Below are positions 1 to 12,786 of a stretch of 64,000 nt of DNA, piece by piece. Origin of the DNA: Lingula anatina. Its lineage: Eukaryota > Animalia > Brachiopoda. Both the position numbers and the translations under genes were made by a program. The notes under the pieces were generated by a model. That model was not told the DNA's origin. It saw nothing but the letters and a program-made list of their open reading frames with translations, and did not search any database. The stretch lies in NCBI GenBank assembly GCA_051362555.1, contig CM120640.1:65140788-65204787 (forward strand). Direction: 5' to 3'. The stretch's first letter is position 1, and every line of letters starts with the position of its first letter.

Positions 1-2
1 AC

Positions 3-239
3 CTTCCAAATGGTAAGTTTTTGTTACAGGCGTGAGCACAAGAAGGAGGGGGGATTGGTCCCTTCCACTTCTCCGTCAACCTGCCTAGTATGTTAAGTGA
101 CATATGTTCCCAAAGGCCATTTTGCCTACCTACAGGAGTAAAAAACTGACTCAAAAAAGATAAGGATGAGCATAACTAGATTTGTGTTACAGCATTTGCT
201 CTTTGTCTCAACTTTGGATACATACACGCACTTACACAT
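3..239 (-). CDS. Possible 5' exons of an unidentified gene running off the left edge (ATG 239-237 plus one base at 236, then exon 129..3; MCRQNGLWEHMSLNILGRLTEKWKGPIPPPSCAHACNKNLPFG...)
   Basis: Strong GTAAGT donor after 236, acceptor (ttttactcctgtag) before 129, open frame to a GT at 2-1. It lies downstream of the ROGDI poly(A) signal. No recognisable family. Confidence 0.25.
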
Positions 240-994
240 CTTCTAGGACAAACAAGCAAAGTAGTAGGGCAACATTTGCAGTCGTCTTGCACCTAATTCC
301 CTGAATGTTCAATCAAATGTCTACATGTTTCTTTCTTGATGTAGAGCCTTCTAGATATGGAGATTTAAAAACGGAACAGCTTGCACGCAACAGAGTGGAG
401 GCTCAGGGTAACATCAAACTAATCAGCAAAGACAAACTGTAATTTCCAGTACATCACTAAGTGGATAACTGCTTCAATCAATAACTGACACATTCTGTGC
501 AACCCTACCAAGCTGACAGCACTACCTTCAGCAATGGATTGCATGTGGTTCAATTTTATCATAATGAACAGCTGGAAAAAATCAGATTGTATCACAGAAT
601 TACATTCCACATCTTGTGAATAAAATATGGAATATAATTTTCAGTTTCCCTTCACTGGGACCTTAATTATTTTAAATGGACATCACCTAAAAAGCAACCG
701 AGGAAATGTAGGCTGTTTCAACTACAAATAATCTTTTCTCTGCATTGTTTCATATTTAAAGACTTCTATATTGTTAAAAATCAATAAAAAATCAATTAAT
801 TTACCAAAAAAACTACCCATGTTTGCAAAATGTATGCAGTGAGATCAAACATTTCATCTCCATATTTGGCATCGTTGTTTTCTTTTCTCAAACAGTATGA
901 ACTAGAGATACTGCTTTCTTGTAAACAAACCTCATGAGCTGCTACATCATCATATCTTATAATGCAGCCTTACTTTCCATGACAGTTTTGCCTT

Positions 995-1000
995 TTTATT
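995..1000 (-). terminator. Candidate polyadenylation signal (AATAAA) of ROGDI
   Basis: TTTATT on the + strand, about 150 nt downstream of the ROGDI stop codon. Confidence 0.4.
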
Positions 1001-1147
1001 AATACCTTCATACTAAAACCATAGAAATATCTCTGCATGATTTTAAAAAACTACAAGGATTTTCACATTGATCATGTACTGATCTGCAGTATTCTATCAG
1101 TTGTCCATACAGAATGATTCAGCAGTTTCCAAGACAACAGTACAATG

Positions 1148-4100
1148 CTAATGGCCTTTGGAAGATTTGGAATATTCCTCAATTATGGAGATCTGAAAAG
1201 AAACAAGGCAGCAAAGCTGTCAAATGTACAGACAAAAAACAGGAAATAACTATGCACAAAATAGGCTACTGTCATTTGTGATGCAAAAGTACATTATGTG
1301 AATGATTGAATCTGACAAACTGCAATGATATGAGTTTATTTCCATTTTTGAAACTTTATTACACAATACACGATGACAAGTTTACCATCATTTTTACAAA
1401 ATCAACTAACAATGTTGTAAAGATGCAGGAAATGTCAAACAAACACTTTTATGTATCTTATTAATTAAATAATGAAACTGTTAACATGCCTAAGAATTAA
1501 ATCTGAGGAAATGTGAAAAAACAGCATAACTTCTAAAATAATGGTTTGATCATGCTGATTTTCGAACTTGACCTGCGTTTTATGAATATTCATCAGCTCT
1601 GTAAATATAAAGCCAAAAAGTAAAACTGCCTTCCATTTATCTTGTTTACAATGAAAGTGCACGGCGCTGGCGACGGCGACGACAGATGCAGGTGATGGCA
1701 ATATGTACAGACACATCTATATATATTTACTGTACTGTTTGAGAACAGTAAGTGACATGGTTTTTCTTAAATGGTCATCATGGGAGCAGTGCCCAAAATA
1801 GGTTTTTTTCAAATTTTGATGCAATATTACATAATGTTTAACAGCATAATGACCATCAATTTTTAATAATAAAATATTAGTATCATGGATATTCAGAAAA
1901 TGTGACTAGCAAAGGTCTTCAGGCCCATGGAACTTCAAAGTCACAACTTAAAAATGCCAAAATGTAAACAAGACGGCACTGTTCTGAAATGTTTTTTTCC
2001 CATTTTTAACAATTTTTTAACATAAAACAAAATTAAGAGTTTACTGCCATATTTATATGATCAACTAAAAAAATTGATGAGATGGGAAAAATATCAATAA
2101 AACAGTGTTAAATGTCCAATTTCTTCCATTCTGAGATTCTGAACATAGTGAATGATTGAATCTGACAAACCTCAATGATATGAGTTTATTTCCATTTTTG
2201 AAACTTTATTACACAATACACAATAACAAGTATACCATCATTTTTACAAAATCAACTAACAATGTTGTAAAGATGCAGGAAATGTCAAACAAACACTTTT
2301 ACGTATCTTCTTAACTAAATAATGAGACTGTTAACATGCCTAAGAATTAAATCTGAGGAAATGTGAAAAAACGGCATAACTTATAAAATAATGGCCCGAT
2401 TATGCTGATTTTCGAACTTGACCTGCGTTTTAGTAAGATTGATTACTCCTGTGAGTTTCATGACAACAGGTCTATCGGTTTTCCTTGAAATGTGTTAACA
2501 GTGTTGCATATATGCTGAAAAGTGAAAAAACAGCATAACTACTAAAATAGTGGCCCGATCATGCCGATTTTCGAACTTGATCTGCGTTTTAGTAAGATTG
2601 ATTACTCCTGTGAGTTTCATGACAACAGGCCTATCGGTTTTCCTTGAAATGTGTTAACAGTGTTGCATATATGCTAAAAAGAGAAAAAACAGCATAAATT
2701 CTACAATAATGGCCAGATCATGCTGATTTTCGAACTTGACCTGCGTTTTATGAATATTAGTCAGCTCTGTAAATATAAAGCCAAAAAATAAAACTGTCTT
2801 CCACTTATGGTGTTAACGCTGAAAGTGCACGGCGACATGATCGGCGACGGCGACGGCGACGACAGACGCAGGTGATGGCAATATGTACAGACACATCTGT
2901 GTCTGTACATAAAAAACATGTTTGTGAATTGGAGATGTAATGGAGAAGCACACAGCTTTCAACAGCTCCTTAATGTCTATATTAAACTGTATTTCCATTG
3001 TTATTTAATAGACCTGGATCTCATTTACCTGCTTTTCTACATTTAAAACTTCGAAATGAATATCACTGTCACAATTTTCAAACCACAAAAACACATTACA
3101 GTAGGATAGTATTCAAAAATTTTTGTTTACTTTTGTTTATAACCCCTCAATTCTTACCTTGTCCTTTAATTGTTGACAACTTTGTAATGCTAAAGTAAAA
3201 AGTACAATTACATCATTTAGCCACGGCACTTGGCATTCCCCCTAAAAACAAAGGATAAAAATTAACTAATAATGTGACAATGGCTTAGATGGAGCAATCA
3301 AAAACTGTGAGAAATAATTACATCAGATTGTGCAACTGTATGTCTCCATCTTTTAGGTTATAATAAATTGCCAGTATTTTAATCAAATAGAGACAATACA
3401 ATATACCACCCAGTTGGCAGTGGTCTTACACATTGCCGCTGTGATGTTCTGAAACAAACCAGGTAAAGTGTTCCATAACCCTCGTAATAACATGTTCTGA
3501 AAACACCTGATATCATTTGTTCTAAAATCCACCTGATAGGTGTTCCGGTAGCCACCTGAACGTGTTCCGAAACCTAATAGTATATTCTAATACCCAACTA
3601 AAAACATTTCTGGAACCCTCCTAATAACGTGTTCTGAAACCCAGCAGCAAACATGTTCTGAAACCCAGCTAATAACATGTGTTCTGAAACCCACCCAATA
3701 ATTCTTTATGAAACCCACCTGATAACATGTTCTGAAACCCACTTGCTAACATGTTCTGGAACCCACCTGATAGCGTGAGACAATCTCCACTTTCTGTCCA
3801 GGTTGTCCATGTTGTAGCTGGTAAACTGCCATCTCCAACTTCTGAGCATGAACATAGAAACTAACACTAACCTCAGATGGTAAAGGTGGCTTAAAGCAGT
3901 GCTGCAAGAAAATAAAGATTATGTGGAAAAAAAAATGAAACCATTTCAAATTTTTAATGAATTTGGACTGACTATCCATTATCACTTTTAGCCCTTGCCA
4001 TCTATATCATATGTACAGTAAGCATCAAGTAATAAAAATACTGTACAAGTAGTCAGCATTCAATAATACATAATGTTGCTTTTCACTTTGAAGTCTGAAA

Positions 4101-7100
4101 GTGTTTCTGAAAAATTGATCAATCTTTTACCATATTTCTGTTATTCAGTAATTCATCCAGAGTTTTCTTTTTTGGAAGAACTAAACATGTCCGCCCTGTG
4201 TTTAAGCTTTTCATTATACTGTCGAGCAGCTAAAATGAAATTCGAAAAAAAAAGACATAAGTAGATGACAGTCTATAAGTTTGCACAACGAAATATTGTT
4301 AACAAAATTTATACACAAACTTAAAAATGTTGTCCGTCAACTGCTAATACTATAAACTTATGATTTTCATATTAAATGCACCCTCAGACATTCTCCCTAG
4401 CAGACTTAGTAAAAAATTGAAATAAAATTCAATCAAAACCACTGACAATGGTGACTTCTTCTCCAGATTTGAACTGATGTTCTCTGCCATGCTCTTTGAC
4501 AGTGTGGAGAGCCTCCGCCAGATGATTGCCTGCGTCTTGGATCTGACATAAAGATGAAATAACGACATTTCATTCTGTGTAATGTGTCTATGATACTACA
4601 ATGTCTCATTTGCTAATGATTCTGACATTATGCATGAACATAGTGAAGCAATATTGCTTACACAGCCTGCAATGTCATATTATATTCAGGGGCATAACCA
4701 GACCTTTTAAAATTGTACGCACAGATTTTGAAAATTCACAGATACGATTATATTCTGTGAAAAATACACTGAATTTATGGAGAATAATATCATGGTTGGC
4801 TCAAAAAATTGTACGCACAGTGCATCCGTGCGTATGCCTGGTTACGCCCCTGTATATTTGTCTAATATTCCTACAAACATGCTGGTAAAGATCACACAGC
4901 AAATATGCCTATCAACAGATCAGAGTACACATAGCACATGTAGCCCTCTTACTTGCTGCAATTTCCATGGCTCATCAGGTTGTATACCAGTTTTAAAAAT
5001 CTGTGTTTGATGCCTGTGAACTTTTACTTGAAGGTCCTGTAATGATATAAAAAGATTTAAGATCACTGAATAGGAAGGGGAACAGAAATGTTTTCTTTGT
5101 GGAGAAGAGCAATTATTTCAGTTTTATGTCAAACACCATTAAATTGGATCTAGTCAAAGTGGTTAGTGGAGATGGTTCACCAATAATATACCATATGAAC
5201 AGTGCATGTTGTCTTTTGTTCAGCAAAAATGCTAATGCGTGTCCCCCTTTCAAAAGACTGCAAGATAACCACCCTGTGACACTCACTGCTTCACATATAC
5301 TGTCCCCCATAAGAGTGATGACACATTTCATGTTTGGACTGCCTCTGTAATAAAATAAGCAAGGTTTATTAATAATATATGCTCCCACTGTATATTATTC
5401 ATAGCTACAGTGTATATGACTGTTGCTCTTACTAAAATTTATTGGCACATGTACTACATATACGATATCTGAGAGAGAGAGAGGGGGGAGAGAGAGAGCA
5501 CATTTCATCACAAAACATTTATCAATAAAAAAGGAACTACTTTCATTAATTATTTTACAGTAACAATAAACAACAATTAGGGAAGTCACAAACTGTACAG
5601 AATTTCATTAATTTCATTAAATAGATATTGATCCATTCAGATTTTGAGTATGCATGCCAAGTTTCTAAAAATGTGTACATGTGTATCTTTTGTTATATCT
5701 ATGGTTGAAAAAGAGTCAGATTAATACCAAAGTACAAATTTTCCAGTATAAGAATTTGCCAAGTTTCTAAAAATCTTTGGTTGAAAAAGAGTCAGTTTAA
5801 TACCAAAGTACACATTTTCCAGAATAAGAATTTGATCATATTTGCCCCCCCCCCCCCCCCCCCCCAAATGGCTCCATTCCATTCAATATAACATGATTGT
5901 AGTGCTTTCTGACTGATGAAATCTGTGATTCATGTTTTCTGCCGTTTCATACAGTATGTTGTTCAGGAATGGAGAGAGCACAGCATATGTACACCAAATC
6001 AATCTCAGACTGCAGTTTTTGCCGCCCTCAAAAATGATCTTTGACTATAGGATTCACTCAAATAGAAAATAGTTCAGACCAGATTTTTTTGTCCCTCAAT
6101 TTATTATTTCAGCATCTGCTAATATGTTTACTTACGTAGGGCTTGATAATATGAACTTGTCTGGTTTCACGAGGTTGTCTTCATCTGAAGAAGAATACAA
6201 AACTAAGAATCAATATATTATCAAAATTTCAGCAATATGTTTTACCCGATTTCACATATCTAAAATGATCTACACATGTAGATGTTGAAATGACTACTTT
6301 TTTACATTTATTTATATAATACCGGTAAGTAGAGGAGGAAATCCAATCTATTCTGTTCTTCTAACCACAAACCAACGACAGTTTGGAAAAAACAGATAGC
6401 AAAAAAGGGAAAAGATGCACTACATGTACCTGCAATTACTGGCTTGCCATATAAGAGAAAAGATAAATGATAATAAAATTGAGACAAATAAGAGTGAAGG
6501 TAAGACCAAATTAAAAGGCAACTGTCAGCTCAACCTTCCAATTTTACAGTAAACCTTTCCTGCCCCACGGCTCATCCCCACCCACCCTTCACCCAACAGG
6601 CCACAATCACAATTGGTTACAAAAGAAAAATAACATATCCATCCCTTGAAACATCAGCAAGGTGGCATCAGTCATTGTGTTCCAGTGATCCCCCCCCCCC
6701 CCCCCCCCCCACACACTCAACAAGGCAGTGATGCTGACCAGGCCAACTCTTGTTGATAATGAGGAATACCGACACCATTTGAACCTATACTAGTGAGACA
6801 AGATATCCAGCTAAGGCGCTACAGAAACAATATTTTATTTCCTATTAGAAAAAAAACATAAAACCAGGTGACAATCAGACCATCCAACATAAGACAATGG
6901 CAGTGAGAGGAGCTCAGTGATGTCTCAGAAAATAAAAAAGGATCATGAATATACTAGATAACTACATAAAGCAACATGGACTAAATGGGGATCACTAATT
7001 GCACCAATTATCTATAATGATAAAACCAAGGATGACATCTCAATATGTCAGGAATAGAGTGGACAAATAAGTCATGTAGATGCAGGACAAAAATAGTAAC

Positions 7101-10100
7101 CATAATCACCAAGCTCTAAAGATACAAAAAAATCAAAATCTTACCATAGAAATTAAATAGAGGACTCCATCCCATTATAATGTGTCACAAACAAAACACA
7201 ATCAAATAAATATTCATTAAAGATAAATACAAGGATATATCAGATTTTGTAGTGTAATAACAAAATATAAAGAATTAAAATAAAACAAGAAAATGATAAC
7301 ATTCATAATCATATAAAACATAAATGTGCCTTAGTTCTCACAAGTTTACTTCAAAAAGTGCCTTAATATGTTGTAAGCATATTATACTTACTTGATCCAA
7401 TCTTTAATGTAAACCTCCGACAGCATTCCTTGAAAAAATAAAATTGAAGGTGATATAAGAAATAAAAATTGAAAATTAAAACATACAACTGCATAACAAA
7501 CTCCACAGGGATCAGGGTTGAGTACAGAGTTCTTTATCACTCCTCAAGTAAAGTAGGAAAAAGTAATGAAAAATTAATGTAAAAAAGTAGCCATAAATCA
7601 CTGTAAGAAGGAACAAGATGCGCTACTTGGCCAAAGCAAAATACACTAGCCTTGGCAGGCTTTCCAGGAGATTTGAACCTACACCCCTCATGTTTTGTCT
7701 TCATTCTGATTAGCCATAATTATAATTTTGATGATATATTAAGTAAATTAAACTAGGGTTTTCTACATGAATTAAATTTAAGAAACTTTTATTGACAATC
7801 AGATTCTATATAAATTCTAAACCCCTGCAGCAAAGACAACATCACTGGCTGCAGCTCCCAAGTTAATAATGAAAAGGTAACTGCTGGCACATGAAGGGTG
7901 CCCAAACATTTATCTTCTTCCAGCCTCACTTAAAACTCAATAATTTATATTGATTGTTTAACCCTAAATCAATCCTGAATGTTGTAGTAAGGGAGCAAAG
8001 TCATTTTAGTTGCTTTGCCTTATGGTAAGCATCATACTGTGCAAGAGCTATCAGCCTTTTTGTAGACTCATCTCCAATTTTTATTTTGCATAACTATGAT
8101 ATCACATTAGATGATTAAAAATGGATATAGAGTGCATTCCTTGCCAATGGATTCTGGTGCTGCAAAAACATAATTATCTTTATCTGAATTGCTGAAAATA
8201 TAATGTTTTTTCTGTATTTTCCACACACACATTTTAGTGCACCTTTTTGTTTTCAACTTATTTTACTAAAATGGCAGAGTACTGACCTATGTAGGTCTGA
8301 AATTAAGAAAATCAGTACAAGTTATAAAGTTTAACTTATATTCTCAAAATCATGGCCATGCACTATCTGTTGAAGAATAAAGGTGATGTAGAGGGTTAAA
8401 TGTTACAGTGACTTTATGAATGAGCTGATCAATTTACTTAAAATGTATGAATCAACCCTTCAATGCAATTAAAGAATTGATCTTAGCTTTTATCCAATGT
8501 TTGCACAGTACAGCACCTAGAATGTGGAGACAACTCCCCAATGAAATGCCAGGAGATTAAATACTAAGAGAATTAATAGCTAGAGACATCCTTTTTTTTT
8601 CAAATTCCTGTCTGACATAACTGTTTAGGATGTCTCACTTATCTGCATACTACTCAGCACAGTTATATAATTGGAAACTGTATAAAAGGAAATGTTTAAT
8701 ATTTTCACCAGAAAACAATGGAAAAAGTGTCATTCATTAGTGGCTTCATAGCTGGATTATTGGGACCTAAGTCTTGTCTCAGTGTGTGTAATATTAAGTG
8801 AGTTTCAATATATCTACCACCACAGTCATCCTGCTTTATAATCAACAGAGTTCTACTAAATTGGTGCTACAATCACAACTCACAGGAAGCACCAACCACT
8901 ATGTACATCCATATTGATCTAGCAATAACTTGTCGCCCATCTTTATTGTTAGTATTTTACATATTTGCATCTTCAACGATCTCCAGCGCCTTTACAGTTT
9001 CTTCATCAGTATAACCCTTACAACCAGAGTGAGACTACAGTACTAACTTTACAGTGGTGTACTTATTACCATTTAATGCAATAAATAAATAAATGATAAT
9101 AATAATAATACTGATGAGAGAATGTTTTACACCATCCAATAGAATTAGAGTAATCCAGTAAAATTAGTATAATAATAATATTGCCATTTGGTAACAAAGG
9201 AAGTGTGTGGTGTGTGTTCATCTCTCAATTTCGAAGCACAATATTAGCATTAACTGCAAATGTATTAAACTTGTTGAGATGTGACTTTTTGGAAAACATT
9301 TATCTCTTAGTTCTTTAATTGTAGAATTCACACTCCTTTTAATTTATTTATGTATCTTTATATGGGATATTTTCTTTTTTACCTTTTTTAATAATAAGTT
9401 TGATATTTGTATAATGGAACTAAGAGAAAGAAAACACTTGTGCTTTAAGTATCTTCAGCATTAAGTAATATTCACAATGAAACCATACTTTGAATTTAAA
9501 GTATAGTTTGAAGATGTTGAAGACACATGTAGCAGTCTTTAGATCTTAAAAGTGATGTAGAGTGATCTTAAAAGACTCAAAATATTCTTTTCCCTGAGCA
9601 CTTTAAACACTTTTATACATTTCCTGATAAAGCATGCAAACTTGTGCAAACATCAGACATCTTCAGTCATATTGTACTTTTAATTAAATAACTGACACCT
9701 ACATATCCACATGGTATCTCAATCCTTATGTAATTATGCTCACTGATCACCTGTCTGCCTGCATACCTGTCTATTTTTAAACATTAATGTAGATCAGTTA
9801 AGAAACAAACACATTTTAAGATCTTGTACTTTGTAGACGAAACAACTGCATCTCTTTGGAGGAAACACATAAATGTACTATAATTTATCACTATTATTCA
9901 ATTTTTCCATCAATATTTACAATTTAAAAAAATTTGGAATCATATTTGCAACCTTCTTTTTCACATCAAATTATGAATTAAGCCTAAACAGGTACATTTT
10001 GTAAACATTTTCTGGAGTAATTAAAAACTAAAATGACTATTGATGCCTGTCATTCAACCCTGAGGCCCCCAGGTTTTGTACTAAAACATCCCATATAGAC

Positions 10101-12532
10101 ACAGTTGCATCTGAATGATTTAACATTCAATTTACACCGAAATTATGCAATTTGACATTTCCCATGAAATGTGTAATAACAAGGAAACGCTAATGACGAG
10201 ACAAATTCCCGTTATTCAACAGATCTTTAATTTAGACTTCAGAAGATGCAGAGAGAAACTCAATTCTATTGATCATAATTTTATTGTTATTTTTCTGCTT
10301 TTACAATTTAATTTTCTGGAAAGGTTTAATTGAGTTATTATGTGAAAGCTCCATTGTGGCATGATTTTCTGTCACTAGAAATTTTAGGCATTCATATTCA
10401 ATTTAATTATTACTATAAAAAACAAGCAACGTAAATGTCTAAAAGGGTATTTATTTCTGTTCTTCTCCACTGTGAAGCATACACAGCATGTTGGACTGGT
10501 TCCTTTATGTATCCTTAACTTTAAGATTATTTTAAAAACCCTCAAAACATTTTCAATTGCTTCTTTCAGTATATCAAAAAAGCTATAATGTTCTCTTGGG
10601 AGCATAGCATCTCCTAGAAAACCTGTGGATCAATGAGTTTCATAAGTTGTATCTTACCTATTGATTTTCTACAGGAGTGTACTTTATTCTACCAGTCTTA
10701 ACTATTGATCTAAATTTCTTTCAAATATGAGTCTCAACTACTGATCTTGTCACTGTATCTGGATACCTTATTTTTGAAGAAAATTTACAAATATGTTGAA
10801 AATATGGTGCCAGTTAGCTTTTCTGAAGTGAAGATGAGCCTAAAAAACAATCTTAGTTTAGCAGTCAAAATTTAATATTCAAATGTTCTTTAGGCAGTAG
10901 TTTCTGAAACCTTTTTAGCAGAAGACATGGTCTCAGCAGTGTGGGAAATAAGCACAATCCAACATACCAAGACTAAAAAAGCATATATTTATTAGACCAA
11001 TAAAAATGATTTGCTGCAAGCAAAAAATTTCCAAGTTACTAGCCTGACAATCTAGTGATTTAAAACGTTAACTTCTCACACTGCCCCACTGGTGTACAGT
11101 ACCCAAAGTTTATAAATCATCTATTGTAACACACATTTTATCATTTGCCCTCCTTGTTCTAAACAGCATTGTTGACTTAATTCAATCTTAGCATCACAAG
11201 TGATTGGTTACATTATATTCTGTATCTCGCTTAATATTTTTTAAATAATCTCTGATAGCAGAAAAGTTATGTGAACTACACAATGACACTGAATGTAAAT
11301 TTTAGGTACACATCATGGAATTCAAAGCATTAAGTGTTAAATATGGTGGAAATTCTTACCAACAATACGCCTTCTACCTCTTCCAATACACTGTGAACTT
11401 CTTCTTTCAGTATCCATTGTGCTTCAGTTTCCTGCAAACATGAGGAAAGATGATAATAATGATGCATGATAACTCATCTTTACAATTTTTTAATAATTTT
11501 TATGGACAATTACTTATATGAGGTAGATTAATTGTCAATGTCACAAAATCAATTAATCAATTTGAGGAACAAAAGACATTTTGATTTCATGCAACCATGT
11601 AAGCGCTGCTAAGTAGATGTGATTTCTCCAAGTAAATTAACATTTTCAGAACAAAGGATCTATTATGCACATATTTACAGGATGCCGGTTAAGGTGTTCT
11701 TTTGTTTCATACTCAGATCAATTTAAATATGCATCAAGGCCACAATAGTGGATAATGTCTAGCACAGGTAGTCCATGGTAGTCTAGTATTTCAAAGTACG
11801 TGTTTGTTGAGGTAAAAGTGCTCATTAATATTAAAATCCAACTCCACTCTATATCATTTCAATTCTTTATGTCATCTCTTTATGTCATCTCTTTTATATA
11901 CACATGTACTAGCTAGTGCATTTATGTCACTTACTGCTGAAAAGTAAAGAGCCTTTGGTGCTCTGAGAAAGTCCGGCCATATATCTTTAATATATTTATT
12001 GCTTGGTTCACCAGCCCAACTATATCAGCCCATCTTTGATCCTGCCATCGAAAGCAGATTTTTTAAAACTTAAAAGCAATAGATTTGCATTACTGGTATG
12101 CATACTGTAGTTTGTACATTATCTCATTGGCAGTAGTTATGACTTGAGCATGCATAATAATTTTTTTTTTGAAAAAAAAAATAGTGCTACATGTTGCTAC
12201 AGATAACTCGGATTAACCCAGTCGTGTCCATGCCAGCAAGAATCAAACAGAACTACTACCGACAATACATACATGTACAGTAGTAGAAACTGCTGAGTAG
12301 GGATGAGTCAGATGAATAGCCACAGCCGCCCTAGGTGGCACAAATCAAAGGTATCACCTCCCCCAAGGGGCAGCGAGATTGAGGTTAAGAAGGAAATGAC
12401 ATTTTCATTTAAATGTCAAAATCACACTTCCCTGTAAAGTTGTAAATTTTGAGGGAAATCTACCTGTACATCGTCTCGCACTGCTTCAGCGCCACACAGC
12501 GATTCGGCGACTAGCACATCAAGTTCGTACAT
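1148..12532 (-). CDS. ROGDI: Protein rogdi homolog (Rabconnectin-3/RAVE-associated V-ATPase regulator family), about 275 aa, 11 coding exons
   Basis: Coding exons 12532-12464, 11431-11360, 7428-7392, 6184-6136, 5344-5287, 5036-4953, 4542-4447, 4229-4131, 3901-3767, 3241-3158, 1192-1148. All are GT-AG and phase-compatible (828 nt). The translation carries Rogdi motifs [80 protein letters not shown] probable non-coding first exon ends at the donor at 12648. Confidence 0.93.
1202..2910 (+). mobile_element. Composite non-autonomous Helentron-type (HINE/DINE-1-like) element with an internal ~159-bp tandem array, in the last ROGDI intron
   Basis: Left subterminal motif ATGTACAGACA (1224-1234). 3' hairpin ATGTACAGACACA-tc-TGTGTCTGTACAT (2883-2910), preceded by a (GGCGAC)n microsatellite. 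Units AAAAAACAGCATAAC...GAACTTGACCTGCGTTTT start near 2366, 2525 and 2684. Segment 1298-1590 is repeated at about 2148-2430. A related copy lies at 17911-19106. Confidence 0.75.
3445..3772. repeat. Minisatellite, about 13 degenerate ~23-24 bp units (consensus near ATGTTCTGAAACCCACCTGATAAC)
   Basis: Repeated TGTTCTGAAAC.CACCTGATA units visible directly; the last unit overlaps the ROGDI exon donor at 3767/3766. Confidence 0.85.
4687..4852. mobile_element. Short MITE with CAGGGGC(A/G)TAACCAG terminal inverted repeats
   Basis: caggggcataaccag at the left end and ctggttacgcccctg at the right end. Flanked on both sides by TATATT (4681-4686, 4853-4858). Internal direct repeat AAAATTGTACGCACAG. Confidence 0.7.
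5655..5834. repeat. Local tandem duplication (two imperfect copies)
   Basis: tgccaagtttctaaaaat...ggttgaaaaagagtcag.ttaataccaaagtaca.attttccag.ataagaatttg occurs twice in tandem. Confidence 0.7.
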
Positions 12533-12647
12533 GACTGCCCTGCAAATTTAATCCCTCTCTCATATTCAGATAGAAGCGTTATGTTATGCCTGTTGTATAT
12601 GCGTTTCCACCCACTTACAATGCTTCACCTCTCTAGTAAACTCTTAC

Positions 12648-12786
12648 CATTTGCCGGAGTTCCTCCTGTTCCAACTCCACAGCCATGATATCAAGGTGAA
12701 GGTCGGGTCACTTTGTCAATATTTACATCTACGTCACATGCCCCAGCGCAGTGGCAGTGGTGTCAATTTCAAACTGGGGCACGACG
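12648..12786. promoter_or_regulatory. Putative bidirectional promoter shared by ROGDI (-) and PRODH2 (+)
   Basis: Only about 140 bp separate the ROGDI first-exon donor (12647) from the PRODH2 ATG (12787). The region is CpG-richer than its flanks and has an ACGTCA CRE-like half site at 12731. Confidence 0.6.

Noticed and set aside
1005-1192. Alternative - strand frame interrupted only by TGA codons (possible selenoprotein)
   Set aside because: The phase-0 frame gives the expected Rogdi C-terminus (ISIIEEY...). No SECIS or selenoprotein motif is seen, so this is 3' UTR.
1465-2998. ORFs 1465..1716 and 2813..2998 sharing [16 protein letters not shown]
   Set aside because: Translations of the repeated 3' end of the Helentron-type element, not genes
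3445-3772. Regularly spaced short repeats resembling a CRISPR array
   Set aside because: No unique spacers, degenerate units, eukaryotic intron, no cas genes
7610-7692. B-box-like GGTTCAAATCTCC on the - strand (tRNA or SINE)
   Set aside because: No cloverleaf or A-box visible; at most a decayed SINE fragment
8957-9034. Short - strand frame [25 protein letters not shown] in a ROGDI intron
   Set aside because: Weak acceptor, immediate stop and no continuation; cannot be told from chance or a transposase relic
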